A stretch of DNA of 62,861 nt, filler included, from Sphacelaria rigidula (taxonomy: Eukaryota): NCBI GenBank assembly GCA_964200075.2. It is 10 parts of 10 records of this genome, joined end to end, with 100 filler letters (N's around TTAATTAATTAA, not from the genome) between each part and the next. Parts side by side here need not be neighbours in the genome. Positions count along the whole stretch, not along the records: positions 12,595 to 18,790 come from CAXNAA020021590.1; positions 18,891 to 25,086 come from CAXNAA020021591.1; 8 more parts are not named here. One strand, given 5' to 3'. The first letter of the stretch is position 1. Each line of letters opens with the position of its first letter. Below the pieces are notes generated by a model. The model had not been told where the DNA came from, ran no database searches, and worked only from the letters and a program-made list of their open reading frames with translations. The translations under genes were made by a program, and so were the position numbers. Below are positions 12,996 through 25,186 of the stretch, piece after piece.

Positions 12996-15007
12996 TCAAT
13001 TTTTATGGTCAACGGGCAGCCCAACGAGTACGAGTGCCACGAGTCATACTCGTGTTCGTCCGACATGTGAAGGTCTTCTCGCTTATACGAGCTGGGCCAA
13101 CTGACGGTGATATTTGGACGAAGAGCGGAGATGCCATTGGTAATTCCAAGAGTCGGGCGCGGAAATTTTGACACGACTTTTTCTTGTCAACCCGCACAAC
13201 CCCATTGGGGGTGCAGAGAAGAAAAAAAACGGGAAGTTACCTGTAGAGCGAGTTGAAGTTTCAGCAACAACAGGAAAAATACTGATACTTCCTCGAAAAT
13301 TGATGAAAACGACGACAACGCTCCAGCACATGCGGGCACTCGCGTCAACGACATTCTGGTATAGTTTCTGCGAAAAAATGCCTCAAATTGGGCGCGGCAT
13401 CGCACTTTTCGTGTGACGCGGCCGCGCCCATTTAATTCAAGTGATGCAGGGGACTCCAATTATGGAGGTCATGAGTTCGAATCCCAGCAGATTCTCTTTT
13501 TTTTGTCGTCCGTCGTTGAGGTTATATAATATGCAGTACATTCTTCAATTTTTTTTCTTCATTCAGTGGCGGTGTCGTGTGTTAGCAGGTTGGTCTGCAC
13601 TTCACAGTGGTATGCTTGAGTCCCGCTGACTTGGCATACTTTGGAAGTTGTGGTGTGGGAAGCAAATGAGGGGTTTACTGCTGGCCCAGCTCGTACTACC
13701 GTTCACTCCTGACTTGGCTGTTGAACGGGACAGAGGACAACGCACTTACACTGTTGTTGCTGTGTCCGTCAGTTTCGTTCCCAGAGACTGTTTCTCTATC
13801 ATTTATACAAGTTCAGGCGCCGATTCAAGGGACACCTTATGTTTGATGATGCTGAAACGTGAGTATATGGTGGGTGATGCCACAGGCGAGATTTAAAGCT
13901 ACAGGTTACGTATCGCTGAGGAAGGCGCTCAGGGCGCTGTGTGGGGTGAAACGGTGGTTGATCAATACCGCAGTATATATATATATATATATGTACGGCG
14001 TATATTATTTGACTCATAGTGTTGTATAATTATGAAATTATGGAGGGTACGATATCAAGCCGGCGAGGGATCAGCAACAGATCCTGCCAGCTTTTTTATG
14101 ATAGTTAGCCCAATCATGGATGAGCGTTTGAAGCAACGCAGTTAGCGAGCACTTTTTGGGTTCCATTTTATATATCTGCGGGTACTGTGATCAACGTTTC
14201 CGCTCCCACTCGCGCGACAGCCCGACTTTTTGCTTGTCTGATGCGAACTGTGGGTTCTGCCAAGAACCCCCGCATCACCCCCTGGCAAGAGGACGACGTT
14301 CCCTTACCGATAGCACAAGGGCTCGTTGGGAGAAGATTTCCGGACACGGAGATCGCCCCCCCCCCCCCTCCCGGAGGGCATTTTTGCGAAGATTGAAGAC
14401 TGTCATGATTTTTTTTGTTGATATTATTGGAAAAAATGATTGAGAAACACTGACATAGACCGAAAAGTCCAGTAGGCGTTGCGAGGTTCGTATATTTTAT
14501 TCTGCTCCTTGCCCGCTCCTCTGTCCCGATGACCTCGGATGCCGGCCACCCTGACAGATATGAATTTACACGAGTGCACAGTAGCGACAGCCTGCAGCCA
14601 AAGTAGCAACTTAATTTCATCCCTATAGGTGAGCACCGGATACGCGAAAAAAAAAAAAACTGTTGCAGGATGGTGACCGTTTTTTTGAGCAACGTCTAAC
14701 CGGTTCACCGGAAAACCGGTCTAACCTGATGAGCACGTGAAGAACGCCTCCAGATCGTTGAAGCGTAGGTGAAATAGGCAACTGTTGTCGTGATGAATAT
14801 ACTCAAAGACACCCATTGCTGATGACGGTAGGGTTTAATATCACACCGCTTCACCCGTGCATCACCTGTCGAACTTGCAGCACAGTGGCTGGTGACAACT
14901 ATTTTCATGCGTGATTGGAAATGGTGTTGGTGATTACTTGAACAGCTGCTGTTCAAATCTGGCACCTGACCCCAGCCAACACAGGGTGTGTCAAAGGGAA
15001 AATCTAC

Positions 15008-15420
15008 AGTAGTAGGCGCGTTAATGATGTGTTTTTTTTGCAGTTTATTCATGATTGGCGATTTTATTTGGCTATTTCGCTTGCCATCGCTCATCACCTT
15101 GGGAATCTGGAGATACTTGAATCCGTTCCACATTCCAAAAAAAAAAAGTTATCTGTACTCAATATCTCTTTTGGGATCCAACCCATTGACGTTTTTTTTG
15201 TGAATCGGCATCATTTTGACTTGAAAATGACTGGAAATGATTCCGATTCACAAGAAAGAAAATCGTCCGAGGGTTCCAAAGGAAATATTGATTCACTTGC
15301 GGGCTGACCGGTCATCGGGGGTCCTGACACTCTTCAGTCCAGACAGATTCTGATTCTTCGGTATTCTCGGTCGATCGAGCCTGTCGCGATATTATTTGTG
15401 ACGAAATTCACCGGCTTTTT
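15008..15420 (+). mobile_element. Partial second copy of the 17466 MITE family, carrying a small palindromic insertion
   Basis: Collinear with 17466-17740 (ttggcgatttt...ctgtactcaatat...gggctgaccggtcatcgggg). An extra segment of about 120 bp at 15166-15288 has aatat on both sides. Confidence 0.65.
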
Positions 15421-17465
15421 AGTTTCAAATTCCACCTGCTCATTGCACTAGAGTCGGATAACTGTTTATGGTCAATAACATCCTCCTGATACACGGTACC
15501 TACTCGAATCGCCTGATAACACCAACTAGCACTAGCTTGGGCATTGTGTTTTGAGTACAATCTGCTTATTTCACCAAAATCCGCGTGTCCACAAATGTTT
15601 TTTTGACTGACCCTTGAAACGCACCAGAACTTATGTAGGCATCATGACAGCTCGATACTCACGCAGGTGGTGTCTATGAAACTCCTCCCCCAATATCAAG
15701 TTAGAGTAAGGTGGATCAAGATCTGTACTTCACTATATTCCTCCGTGCAACAGCCTGCTGTACGTCCGCTTTCGACCGCGTAATGCAGCTGGAAGAGGCA
15801 ACGCTATGCTGTTTTCACCCATCAAACTTGCGGTTACTGTTGTATTTGATACACGCGAGTTTGCAGTCCAGATATTTTTATCCTCCGGTAGCCTGGTAAG
15901 TTCCAATCCGCTGAGCCCTTGTGGAGTATTTTATGATGAAACAAAGCGACGTGTTGTGAAAGTCTTGTTCCACACCAGGCATGGTCAGCAGTACATGGTA
16001 CAGACAATGGTATTCGTGGGGGCGGGGTGGGTGGGGGTAGGGGAGACAAATTTGATACGGTGCCACAGCGGAAATCGCTCTTGTCAAGTCAAGGCGACGA
16101 CAAAGGCATGGTACGCGCTTGTCTTCCGAGTGGAAGAAAGTGTTCCAAGGTGCCGTCGGATCTCACCATCGTGGATGCGAAACCTTCGGAATTTGGTTTC
16201 GTGGTGGAGTGTGAGTCCGTCACTGGACATGTTCAGTCCCTTCCCCGTGGTGTCTCTCGTGCGGGAACGCTTGATCCTGTGCTTGGCGTCTGAAGACGGC
16301 GTCGCGCCGTGGATGTCGGTGTTCGTGTCCAAGGTCCCAAATTTCGCTACTCATAGTTTTCCATTCCCCTGTGGGGGGGTGCAACAGCAGTGCGTATGAA
16401 GAGCCATACCCCGCTCACACCATCGCCATCTGGGGCGACGATAGCGATGAGCCAGATGCTGTCGCGAAGCCTTGGATCTCGTTCCTGAATCTCCTGTATC
16501 TACGACGTGTCGGCATGGCATGGTGAATAGGACAGCAAATTCCGCCGCACTTGATGCACTCCCCGGTAGGGGCGGCGTGCACTGCACGCAGGGGCCCACA
16601 ATCTGGCAAAATCTATTCGACGCGAGTTTTGTGCGTTTGCGGGGGTACAGTATCGTGGACTTGGAAAAGACGAGGCAAACATGGTGTATGCATGTGCTGA
16701 ACCATGTTGTAGTTGTTGTCGTTGATGTTGTCTTCACATCAAAAACCGTTCCGATATTTGCGTGGTCCATTCGTACTGGGCATCTGATGCAGACGCCTTC
16801 CGTGGTCATAGGCTAGCAAAAAACCAAAAAAACCAAAATAGACCCGGATTAAAAATTCACACAACGCGATACGAGCAAAACAGGGATGAAAAATAAAGAA
16901 AAGAGTACGTATGGCTAACCTCAGAAGATCCGGTGTTGCAGGTGGCCATTCGGACTCCAAGTGGTGGCACCCGGGAACCATGTACACGAATATGGTCATC
17001 ACTCAAAACCGTTTTTCTATGGTTTGTATTTGTTGGGGGTTGTACTTTCCACTTTTGGGACATTTTAACACGATTTTTGGCGTTCCAAACAGGGAGTATG
17101 AAAATATCTGCAGGCACCGCATTTTTTTTTTCTTTTTTCCAGCCGTTTTTTCGCGCTGAGGTATTTCTGGAAACCTCGGAGCCAAGCGAATCTGAAAAAT
17201 GGGCTAGACTTGTCTCGGTTGGGCGATGCAGAGTGTCCGAGACCTGTGATGGCGATGTTTGAACCGTGAGAAGCGGTCTTACCGTGTCATTTTCTCTCTC
17301 GTATCTTGCGCCTGTTGCCGCAGCGACGTGGTGATTCTGCGCCATGAAAATCCTTGTGATGGTACCGAACAGCGGCATAATGTGCATCAGGTTAAACCTG
17401 AGCCCTTTGAAACCGTTGATGGAGAAGTGACGATTCACAATTGACGTTTCCTTGGGCAAGAGATA

Positions 17466-18015
17466 CAGTAGTGGGCGGTCTAACTTTTCATTTTGTGACA
17501 TTTTGTGATTTTTTCGTAATTGGCGATTTTCTTGGGCTCTTTTCCCTTGCCACCCCTGATCACATCGGGGATCTCAAGATATTTGTGTCCGCTTCACATT
17601 CCAAGAAGAAAAAATCCTCTGTACTCAATATTATGTGACTTACGGGCTGACCGGTCATCGGGGTCCTGCCACGTTTCAGCCCATATTCTTACTCTTCTGT
17701 ATTTTCGGTCGATTGAGCCGGTCCCGATCATGTTAGTAAAGAGATGTACAGTTTTGTTTTTTCAAAACTCTGCCTACTCGGTGCACCGGGGCCGAAAAAC
17801 GGTGTCTCACCGTCAAAAACACCCTCCTGATGAACGGGGTATTTACTCGTTTCACCCGATAACACCAACGAACACTGACTTGGGCACCGTGTTTCGAGGA
17901 TATCTGCTTTGTTGTACCAAAATCTAGCGACGCTGGCAATTTCGAGCTCTATCGAAGAGTAGTACGCGAGGAAAACCCCCAAAACACCCCTAAATAGTTA
18001 GACCGCCCACTACAG
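17466..18015. mobile_element. Tc1/mariner (pogo-like) MITE
   Basis: ta|cagtagtgggcggtctaact ... agttagaccgcccactacag|ta: a 20-bp TIR with one mismatch and TA on both sides. Confidence 0.8.
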
Positions 18016-18728
18016 TATGGTTGTTTTGTCTGCAATTGTTGATGATGCAGCCCACCAAAGCGGTGCACAACTCTGATTTTAAGTAATATAGTGTGACAGA
18101 TTCGTGCACCGAACTCGAAGTGACGTTTTTCCGGTGATGACAGCTCAAGATATGGCAGTTTGTAACGTTTTTCGCGAATTCCAAGAGGGTTAATGGCGCG
18201 ACTAAGACGCTCCCTAGTACCTGAAGCGCACAGGATGAACCTCGTCTGTGAAGGTCGGTTGGAAGTTATCTTCAACAGCTTGTCCGGCCAAAATATGCAC
18301 CGCTGAGTCATCTTCCATTGCTCATCCAGCCAGAATATGCACCGTTGAGCTTTGCTGCTGTAAGTCGCAGGAGAGCTGTGGGAAAAACGAGTCCACTGGA
18401 GTTAGCCTGAGTTGAATTTTTCGGCGTGTTGTGTATTGTTCCTTTTCATTTTTTGGGTGCAGCCAGGATAATGAGCCGTTGTACTGGTGCAGCAGCCTTC
18501 CTCTGTGTACTTGCGTCGCGGCAGGAGCTTTTGGCAACGTATTTTCGCGAGTGGAAAGAACCATTGCTGCAGCTGGAGGCGCCTTTCGTCTTGTGCTGAA
18601 CTCTTTTGTTCTCAAGTTTTTTTTTACCATCTTTTCCCGAGACTTGGACAAGATGAGATTTCATCCGTGGGGCCGATAGTAAAGCACTCGCGCTCGGGTG
18701 TGTACCATTTCTTCCTCACAAGAGTATG

Positions 18729-18790
18729 TGTGATGCGTGAGAGGACCGCGTGCTTAGAGGACCGCATCGTAGTTCAAAACACCTCAGGAT
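18729..18790. mobile_element. Truncated end of the TGTAATGCGTGAG MITE family
   Basis: tgtgatgcgtgagaggaccgcgtgctt... matches the reverse complement of the right end of 40231-40413. The scaffold ends inside it. Confidence 0.8.
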
Positions 18791-19815
18791 NNNNNNNNNN
18801 NNNNNNNNNNNNNNNNNNNNNNNNNNNNNNNNNNTTAATTAATTAANNNNNNNNNNNNNNNNNNNNNNNNNNNNNNNNNNNNNNNNNNNNACGAGAGCGC
18901 CCCCCCCCCCCCGTCCCGGAGGACGATTTTTCGAAAATTGTCACAATTACGAGCTGAGTCAGCCTGAAAACGGATTTAAGTTCTAGAAGCAATATCTCAT
19001 CGACACAGTGAGCTGCGCCGTGATCCGCATATCGTATTAATTGTTCAATCAAGGGGAAGGTGCCCATCTGCTCAAAAATCTGGGCCAATATTTTCTCGTT
19101 GGTTGAACCCCATGTCTAGTAATTCCTATACCGTACGACGATAGCGCCCACACTAAAATCCATATGAGACCCCGAACAATACATTCAGCGGATGATGATT
19201 TTTGGTGTAGACCTTCCCCGGAGCACGGGGAGACGATAGGTACCCTCACTTTCACCTAATTCATGATCTATCTCGAGATATGGCGCACATAAATTTCCAT
19301 ACTAAAATCAATATATTACGAGCGGAGGCACCGGATAAATCAAATCTGGATATCGCGTCTCAGTTATTGCGAATTGTTCAATGAAATCTCGTAGGGAGAA
19401 CCGCTAGTGCATAATAATGATGAAAACAGCTTTTTTTTTTACATTTTTTTGTTTTTTTCGTGCCTTTAGTGGAGTTTTGAGGAGAAATGAACATTGCTCT
19501 TAGGCCTCATCTCAATGCATCAGCCCAATTTTAAAAACTGTGATTTGAAACTCAGCATGGAGAACCACGAAGATGTGCCGAAAAAAAATGGGCCTTTTTT
19601 TTTTTTTTCATAGAGCTCCCGTGAAGAAATGGACTTTATTATCTAGAACGCCCTAAACTAATGAACAAATAAAAATAAACAACCTGACCCACTGAGTTTT
19701 GTCAATTATGCCCTAGCGAGGACCCACACAAGATTTCAATACACAAAAACCAAACGCGGGCCGGTGAGTGGCTTGCGAAATACTGTTCCGATTTTCGACC
19801 GACCCGGTTTTTAAA

Positions 19816-20574
19816 AGGCGAATGCGCCAGCCAATATTTAAAGTTGGAGCTGGTTGGAGCGTAAAATTTGGTATGGGCAATGCATAGCGTATAAAGAAAA
19901 AAATACATGAGCACCAGAGGGTTTTTTTGTTTTTATGAGTTAGGCTATTTCTTGTGTATCAAATAAATGAATCTTGTTGAAAAGAGCATTTTTGGCCCTT
20001 CCTCGTCGTTTTCCCCCCGAAAAGAGGGCTAGACAAATGTTGACTCTGTGGAATGACTTGCTCTACTCGCTGAGACGGTTCCAGAGCACCTTGGCGTTTC
20101 CCGTAGGTCAGAGGTTCGCTCTCGGCCAAAACTGCGTTTTCAATAACAAACGGTCAAGTTATCAAAACACAGGAGGAAAACTGACATTTTTTTGGTCACT
20201 TGACAGTTCGTTATTGAAAATGCAAGGTTGACCAAAAACCAAACCGTGACCTACGGAAAACGCAAAGGTGCTCTGGAACGGCCTCAGCGAGTAGAGCAAG
20301 TCATTCCAAGGTGTCAACATCCGCCTAACCCTCTTTTCGGGGGAAAAACGACAGAGAAGGGCCAAAAATGCACTTTCCAACGAGTTGTATTTTCTTATCC
20401 ACAAGAAGTAGCCTTCAGGGCAATAATCAGTCTTCAGGTATCAACAAGATGCCCTTAACTCACGGAAAAAAACGAAAACCTTCTGGTGCTTCTGTAAAAA
20501 AAAAATCATGCCCGATGCATTGTCCGTACCAAATTTTACGCCCCAACTCTAAATATTGGCCGGCGCATTCGCCT
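19816..20574. repeat. Imperfect palindrome of about 760 bp (foldback element or internal arm pair of a larger TE)
   Basis: aggcgaatgcgcc...ggcgcattcgcct. The arms align inward (e.g. ggaatgacttgctctactcgctgag / ctcagcgagtagagcaagtcattcc) to a centre near 20180. No clear TSD. Confidence 0.85.
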
Positions 20575-21785
20575 GCAAACTTCAAATCCGCCTCTACGCT
20601 GGCCAAGCTCGTATTCAGTTTTTGTTTATTATTGTTGAAGGAATTGGTCAAGGAACACTGACAAAAAACCCCGAAAAGTCTGGTGGACTATGCGAGGTTC
20701 GTATATTTGCTTCTGGTCCTTGCCCGCTCTGTTCCGATTACCTCGGATGCCGGCAACGCTCACACACATCAGTGTACAAGACACGAGCGCACGGTAGCGA
20801 CAGCCTGCAGCCAAAGCAATAGCATTACCTCACGCCTCGCCGAACTTGCCCGGACTACTGGTAGGTAGGTACTCGAGGCACACGACACGGAACATGATCC
20901 CATGAATGTAATCATGGTGAATAATGAGCTTGGAGGGGGGGGGGGGCGTGTCCGCCATCTCAGCGATCTCCATGCCAAGGATCCCTGTACACGGCAGCTG
21001 ACCGCATCCGTCAACGCCTCGGCCAAAATCATACGCATTAATGTACCATGCTTCTAGTGCGTTTGATAATCTGTCACGCGAATGGGTCTGAAGAAGCCAG
21101 TGGATCTCGATATACTAGTGCATGGGATGATATCAGGATGATATCAGGGTGATACCCCTTGCCATACTGCACTAGCCAGGCGTCACCTTTTTTGCGCTAC
21201 AGATTTTTTTTCTAATAACAATGTTTTCAAAATATTGAGAGTACAGGATACGACAGCGAGTGAAAAGCGCTCAATTAGTGAATAAATCGTTTCAGTTCCG
21301 AAATACCCCTCCACGAGGCCCTATATGCTTTCTGTAGTAGCTCGCCACTGAGGCCCTTGATATCCCTGAGTAGGATATCGACGTGAAGCTGTAAGCACCT
21401 GCAAGTGATGGAGGCAAAAAAAGCACACACGGAATGAAAAGTTGGCTAAGTTAAAGCGAATGATCAAAGCCACTCTCAATCAGCGCTCTACTGTCAATCT
21501 CACGAAAGCGTTGTTTAATGCTGTACTCAACGGTACACAAAATATATATATTTTTTTACACCTGTGTCCACTGTCTTAATTTGGACCTCCCAGGGGACGA
21601 GGGCACCAGACCACCATCCCCCGCCTCAAACGCCAAACCAGCTCCTATATAAACCTACCCCATACTTAATCCGACACACAAGGGGGCAGCGTCGGAGGCG
21701 GGTAGCATACTATCCACGTACCCCCCATGGTACGTTGGTGTAGAAAAAATGGAATAAAAAAAAGTGAGAAATAAAGGATAGAATA

Positions 21786-22957
21786 CAAGAGTGAGTACAT
21801 CACCTATTTCAGCCCAAAAGTAGGCACAGGTAAACGCGCAAGTTGGAACTGTCCGTGCTAGGCCCAAACCTCTCAAAAACCAATCCCGACGCTACGGCAA
21901 GGCGCCAACAGCCCATGCAGAGCATGTTTACCAACTTTCGAAAAAAATATGGCGCGATCCAGGGCCGAGCAGCACCGCGGGAACCAAGAACCTCCAGAGT
22001 ACCCTACTTTGTCCGACCGTGGGGGTAGATACACCCGCCAAAAACTCATATGTTTATCTTTTGCCCTTTTTTGTCTCATAATGTTTCCTATCATGTCCCA
22101 AGTGTATACCCCCTATTTCACCACTATCGGCCTGACACAGCCGCCGTCCAACCCACCGCCCGACACAAAATCGCGAATGACCGAAGAACATCTCCAGCGC
22201 TTCTTTGTACATGTTTCTACGGCCTGGAGCCTCAAGACCCCGCCGTCGGCATGTTCCATCCAAACAAAACGAAACTCCCTGTTGAGTGATTGACACATCA
22301 CATGACCAGTGGGCGGGCGCGCGCGGAGACGGCATAACAAGTCGCGACATGCGCAACACGATGCAAACTGCACAAAAACTTGCGGATCCGGAACACAGCA
22401 TAAACGGCACGACAACTTGTTTTGTATTTCGCAACTTGTTATGCCGTCTCCGCGCGCGCGCCCAACGCGCGTGCGGTGTGTCAATCACTCCGCAAGGGTC
22501 TCGTTTTCTTTGGGGTGGAAAACACCGACGGCGGGGTCTTGAGTCTCCAGGCCGTAGAAACATGTACATTCGTTTTTGTGCCGTGCGGTGGCTTGGACGG
22601 CGGCTGTGGTAGGCCGATAGTGGTCAAATAGGGGGTGCACTTCGGACATACTAGGGAACATCATGATACAAAAAGGGGTAAAAAATGAGCACATGAGTTT
22701 ATGGCGGGTATATCTACCCCCATTTTCGGGCAAAATAGGGTACTCTGCGAGGTTCTTGTTTCCCCCGGTGCTGTTCGGCCCTACGTCGCGCTATATTTTT
22801 CGCAAGGTTGGTATGAATGCTCTGCATGGGTGTGCGCGCCTTGCCTTAGCGTCGGGATTGATTTTTGAGAGGTTCGGACCAAGCACGGATAGCCCCAACT
22901 TGCGCGTTTACCTGTACCTGCTTTTGGGGCGAATAGGCGGTGATGTACCCACTTTTG
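21786..22957. mobile_element. Foldback non-autonomous DNA transposon of about 1.17 kb, TA-flanked
   Basis: ta|caagagtgagtacatcacc ... ggtgatgtacccacttttg|ta. The arms align over more than 500 bp to a centre near 22390. Confidence 0.85.
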
Positions 22958-23869
22958 TATTTCCTCAGCAATAAATAGAGTAAAAAACCAATGAGAAGTT
23001 AAGAACGATCCATTTTGTCGGAACATTCTACACACTGCCCCTGTCACAGGCTTATCGTGAGTCCCTTCATTACCGATTTGCACAACCTGAGATGTCAGTT
23101 ACCATTGTTGTTGTATGTAAATTATGTCCAAGATTGTCGAAGGGGATGGTTTTGGTTGGGGATCGTGTCCAAGCACGAGTGTTGAGTATAGCCTTGCAGT
23201 GAGTAGGTGTTTAGCATGTGTTTGAGTAAGTAGTTGCTCACAGTATGTAGGTATTTAGCATGTGTCTGAGGAATAATGTGCCGTGCACACACATATTGAA
23301 ACGGTGAAGACAAACAAGTAAGGGGGAAAGTCAGGAAAAAATAATAAATTTTGGCCCTCTGGCGGAGGGGAGAAAGCGGAAGGGGTACATCGTTGTGCAG
23401 GATACCTTTCGTCGTGTACCCTTGCTGTACACACGGTTACCAGTACCCACAGACAATACGCGTGCGGCACATTACCGTACGGTACAGTACATGAACTGCA
23501 CCATGCGGTACAATAGTGGTACCGTACGGTATGGAATGGAGTACTTGGAGCAACATGATATTGTTTTCCCAAAATTGAAGTGTGAAGAGAGCAACGGCTT
23601 GGGAGCGCAATGCTCCGACGCAAGCGGGCTCTTCTGCACGGAGTTTTCTTCACTCAGTTTTCTGGTACACGTGCTGAAGGGACCCTCTGAGTGCTCTGCT
23701 GTTCAACTTCGGCAAAGTGACCAATAGTGACACACCTTGGGCATACGGTATTTATTGTTTAATCGTCTTGGCTTGAGCGAGAATGCGCCGGAACACGCGG
23801 TTGTCAGAGAAACTCGCCTCCCTTCCCCGTGTTGCTTCTCTTGTGCCTATGCTTAACTGCCTGCAACAG

Positions 23870-24036
23870 GGGTGCTGATTCCGCGAATGATCCCAGCAAT
23901 CCGCACGATGCCTCTCCTGGCGCCTACAAGTGCTTTTTGGCTGACTCGTTCCGTATTTCTCAGATGCCTCGGCGGAATTTTTTCTATCGCCTTCACGGTG
24001 GCTCTATTTCAAAACAAAGCGCTTATCGGGGACAAG
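23870..24036 (+). CDS. LMF1: Lipase maturation factor (LMF1-like) N-terminal exon
   Basis: FWLTRSVFLRCLGGIFSIAFTVALFQNKALIGDK matches the LMF N-terminal motif (FWLTR..LR....Y..AF.VA..QNK.LIG..G). Pyrimidine tract plus cag acceptor at 23869 and gtgagc donor at 24037. In-frame ATGs at 23887 and 23908. Confidence 0.88.
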
Positions 24037-24054
24037 GTGAGCATACGATACCTC

Positions 24055-24102
24055 CTACTGCAAGCTACTGCAAGCTACTGCAAGCTACTGCAAGCTACTG
24101 CA
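24055..24102. repeat. (CTACTGCAAG)n tandem repeat, about 5 copies, intronic
   Basis: Read directly. Confidence 0.95.
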
Positions 24103-25186
24103 TGCGAGTTGGTAGCTTTCCCGTTCAATTTGATTGTCCTCAGGTTGCTTGTCCTAGCGGGAGACCTGTGCCATCAACAGCAATCAAGATTCCGTCGGAA
24201 CATACCAACAATTCACTGTCCATTTATTTTTGGAGAATCAAAGATTCTCCAGCACAATCCAGGCAACAACGGGCAGTGAACTCCGTAGTACAGTGGGATC
24301 TCCGGAACCAGATACATCTTTGAAAGCATCCACAAGTCATGTCTTTTCAAAAATTCGGCGCGGCTATTGCAGTAATCGACCACCCGATCGGTCGTTCACT
24401 CGAGCTCGTCCTATCCATCTGGCGATCAAAGCTAAACTCGGCTCTCACTAGATATTGCAACATGCTGCGAGGGCAACACTTACCGATACGGCATAGTAGT
24501 AGCTGGATTGAAGACAGCTTGTTTTCGTTCGACTGAATTTTGTTCAGTCTGTTCTGCAACGGCCGTATGGTTCAGCAGGAATCCGCCTCGATGTTCACTC
24601 TTCATCTGGTGCAGAAAATCCCTTCAACGCATGGCCACGCGGCATACGGTGCAGTGCTGTGCGCTGAGCACGAGAAAAGAGTGGAAATTGATTGTTTTCA
24701 CGTAGCAAGCGTTTCCAACGAGGTTTCGTGAGATTGAGAGTCTAGCTCCTGATTGAGAGTGAGCTTTTTAGCCATATGCGGAATCCGCATCATTCCTACT
24801 TGAAAATTTTCTGCGTGACCCTGATTCGCAATCCTGGCGATCAGAGGGTTAATATTTCAGAAAGTTAGTCGTTGGATGCATGATGTGGAAGCTAATAAAC
24901 GCAGTTACACGATTTTTTGGAATCGCGACAGATCAAGCTCTATACTTGCATCCAACATATTAATCGGAAGAATTTTTTAGGATTACATGGCATTATGTAC
25001 GGCAGGTAATCATAAGGTGCTCAACGTACACCAGCGCATTGATAAGGGGGTGTACTCATGATCATGCATGCCATAGTCATAAGACCNNNNNNNNNNNNNN
25101 NNNNNNNNNNNNNNNNNNNNNNNNNNNNNNTTAATTAATTAANNNNNNNNNNNNNNNNNNNNNNNNNNNNNNNNNNNNNNNNNNNN

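Noticed and set aside
13445..13503. tRNA gene (gagttcgaatccc plus T-run)
   Set aside because: Only a B box is present, with no A box or cloverleaf. At most a decayed SINE.
14730..16620. Scattered minus-strand exon-like segments
   Set aside because: They could not be joined in phase or assigned to a family.
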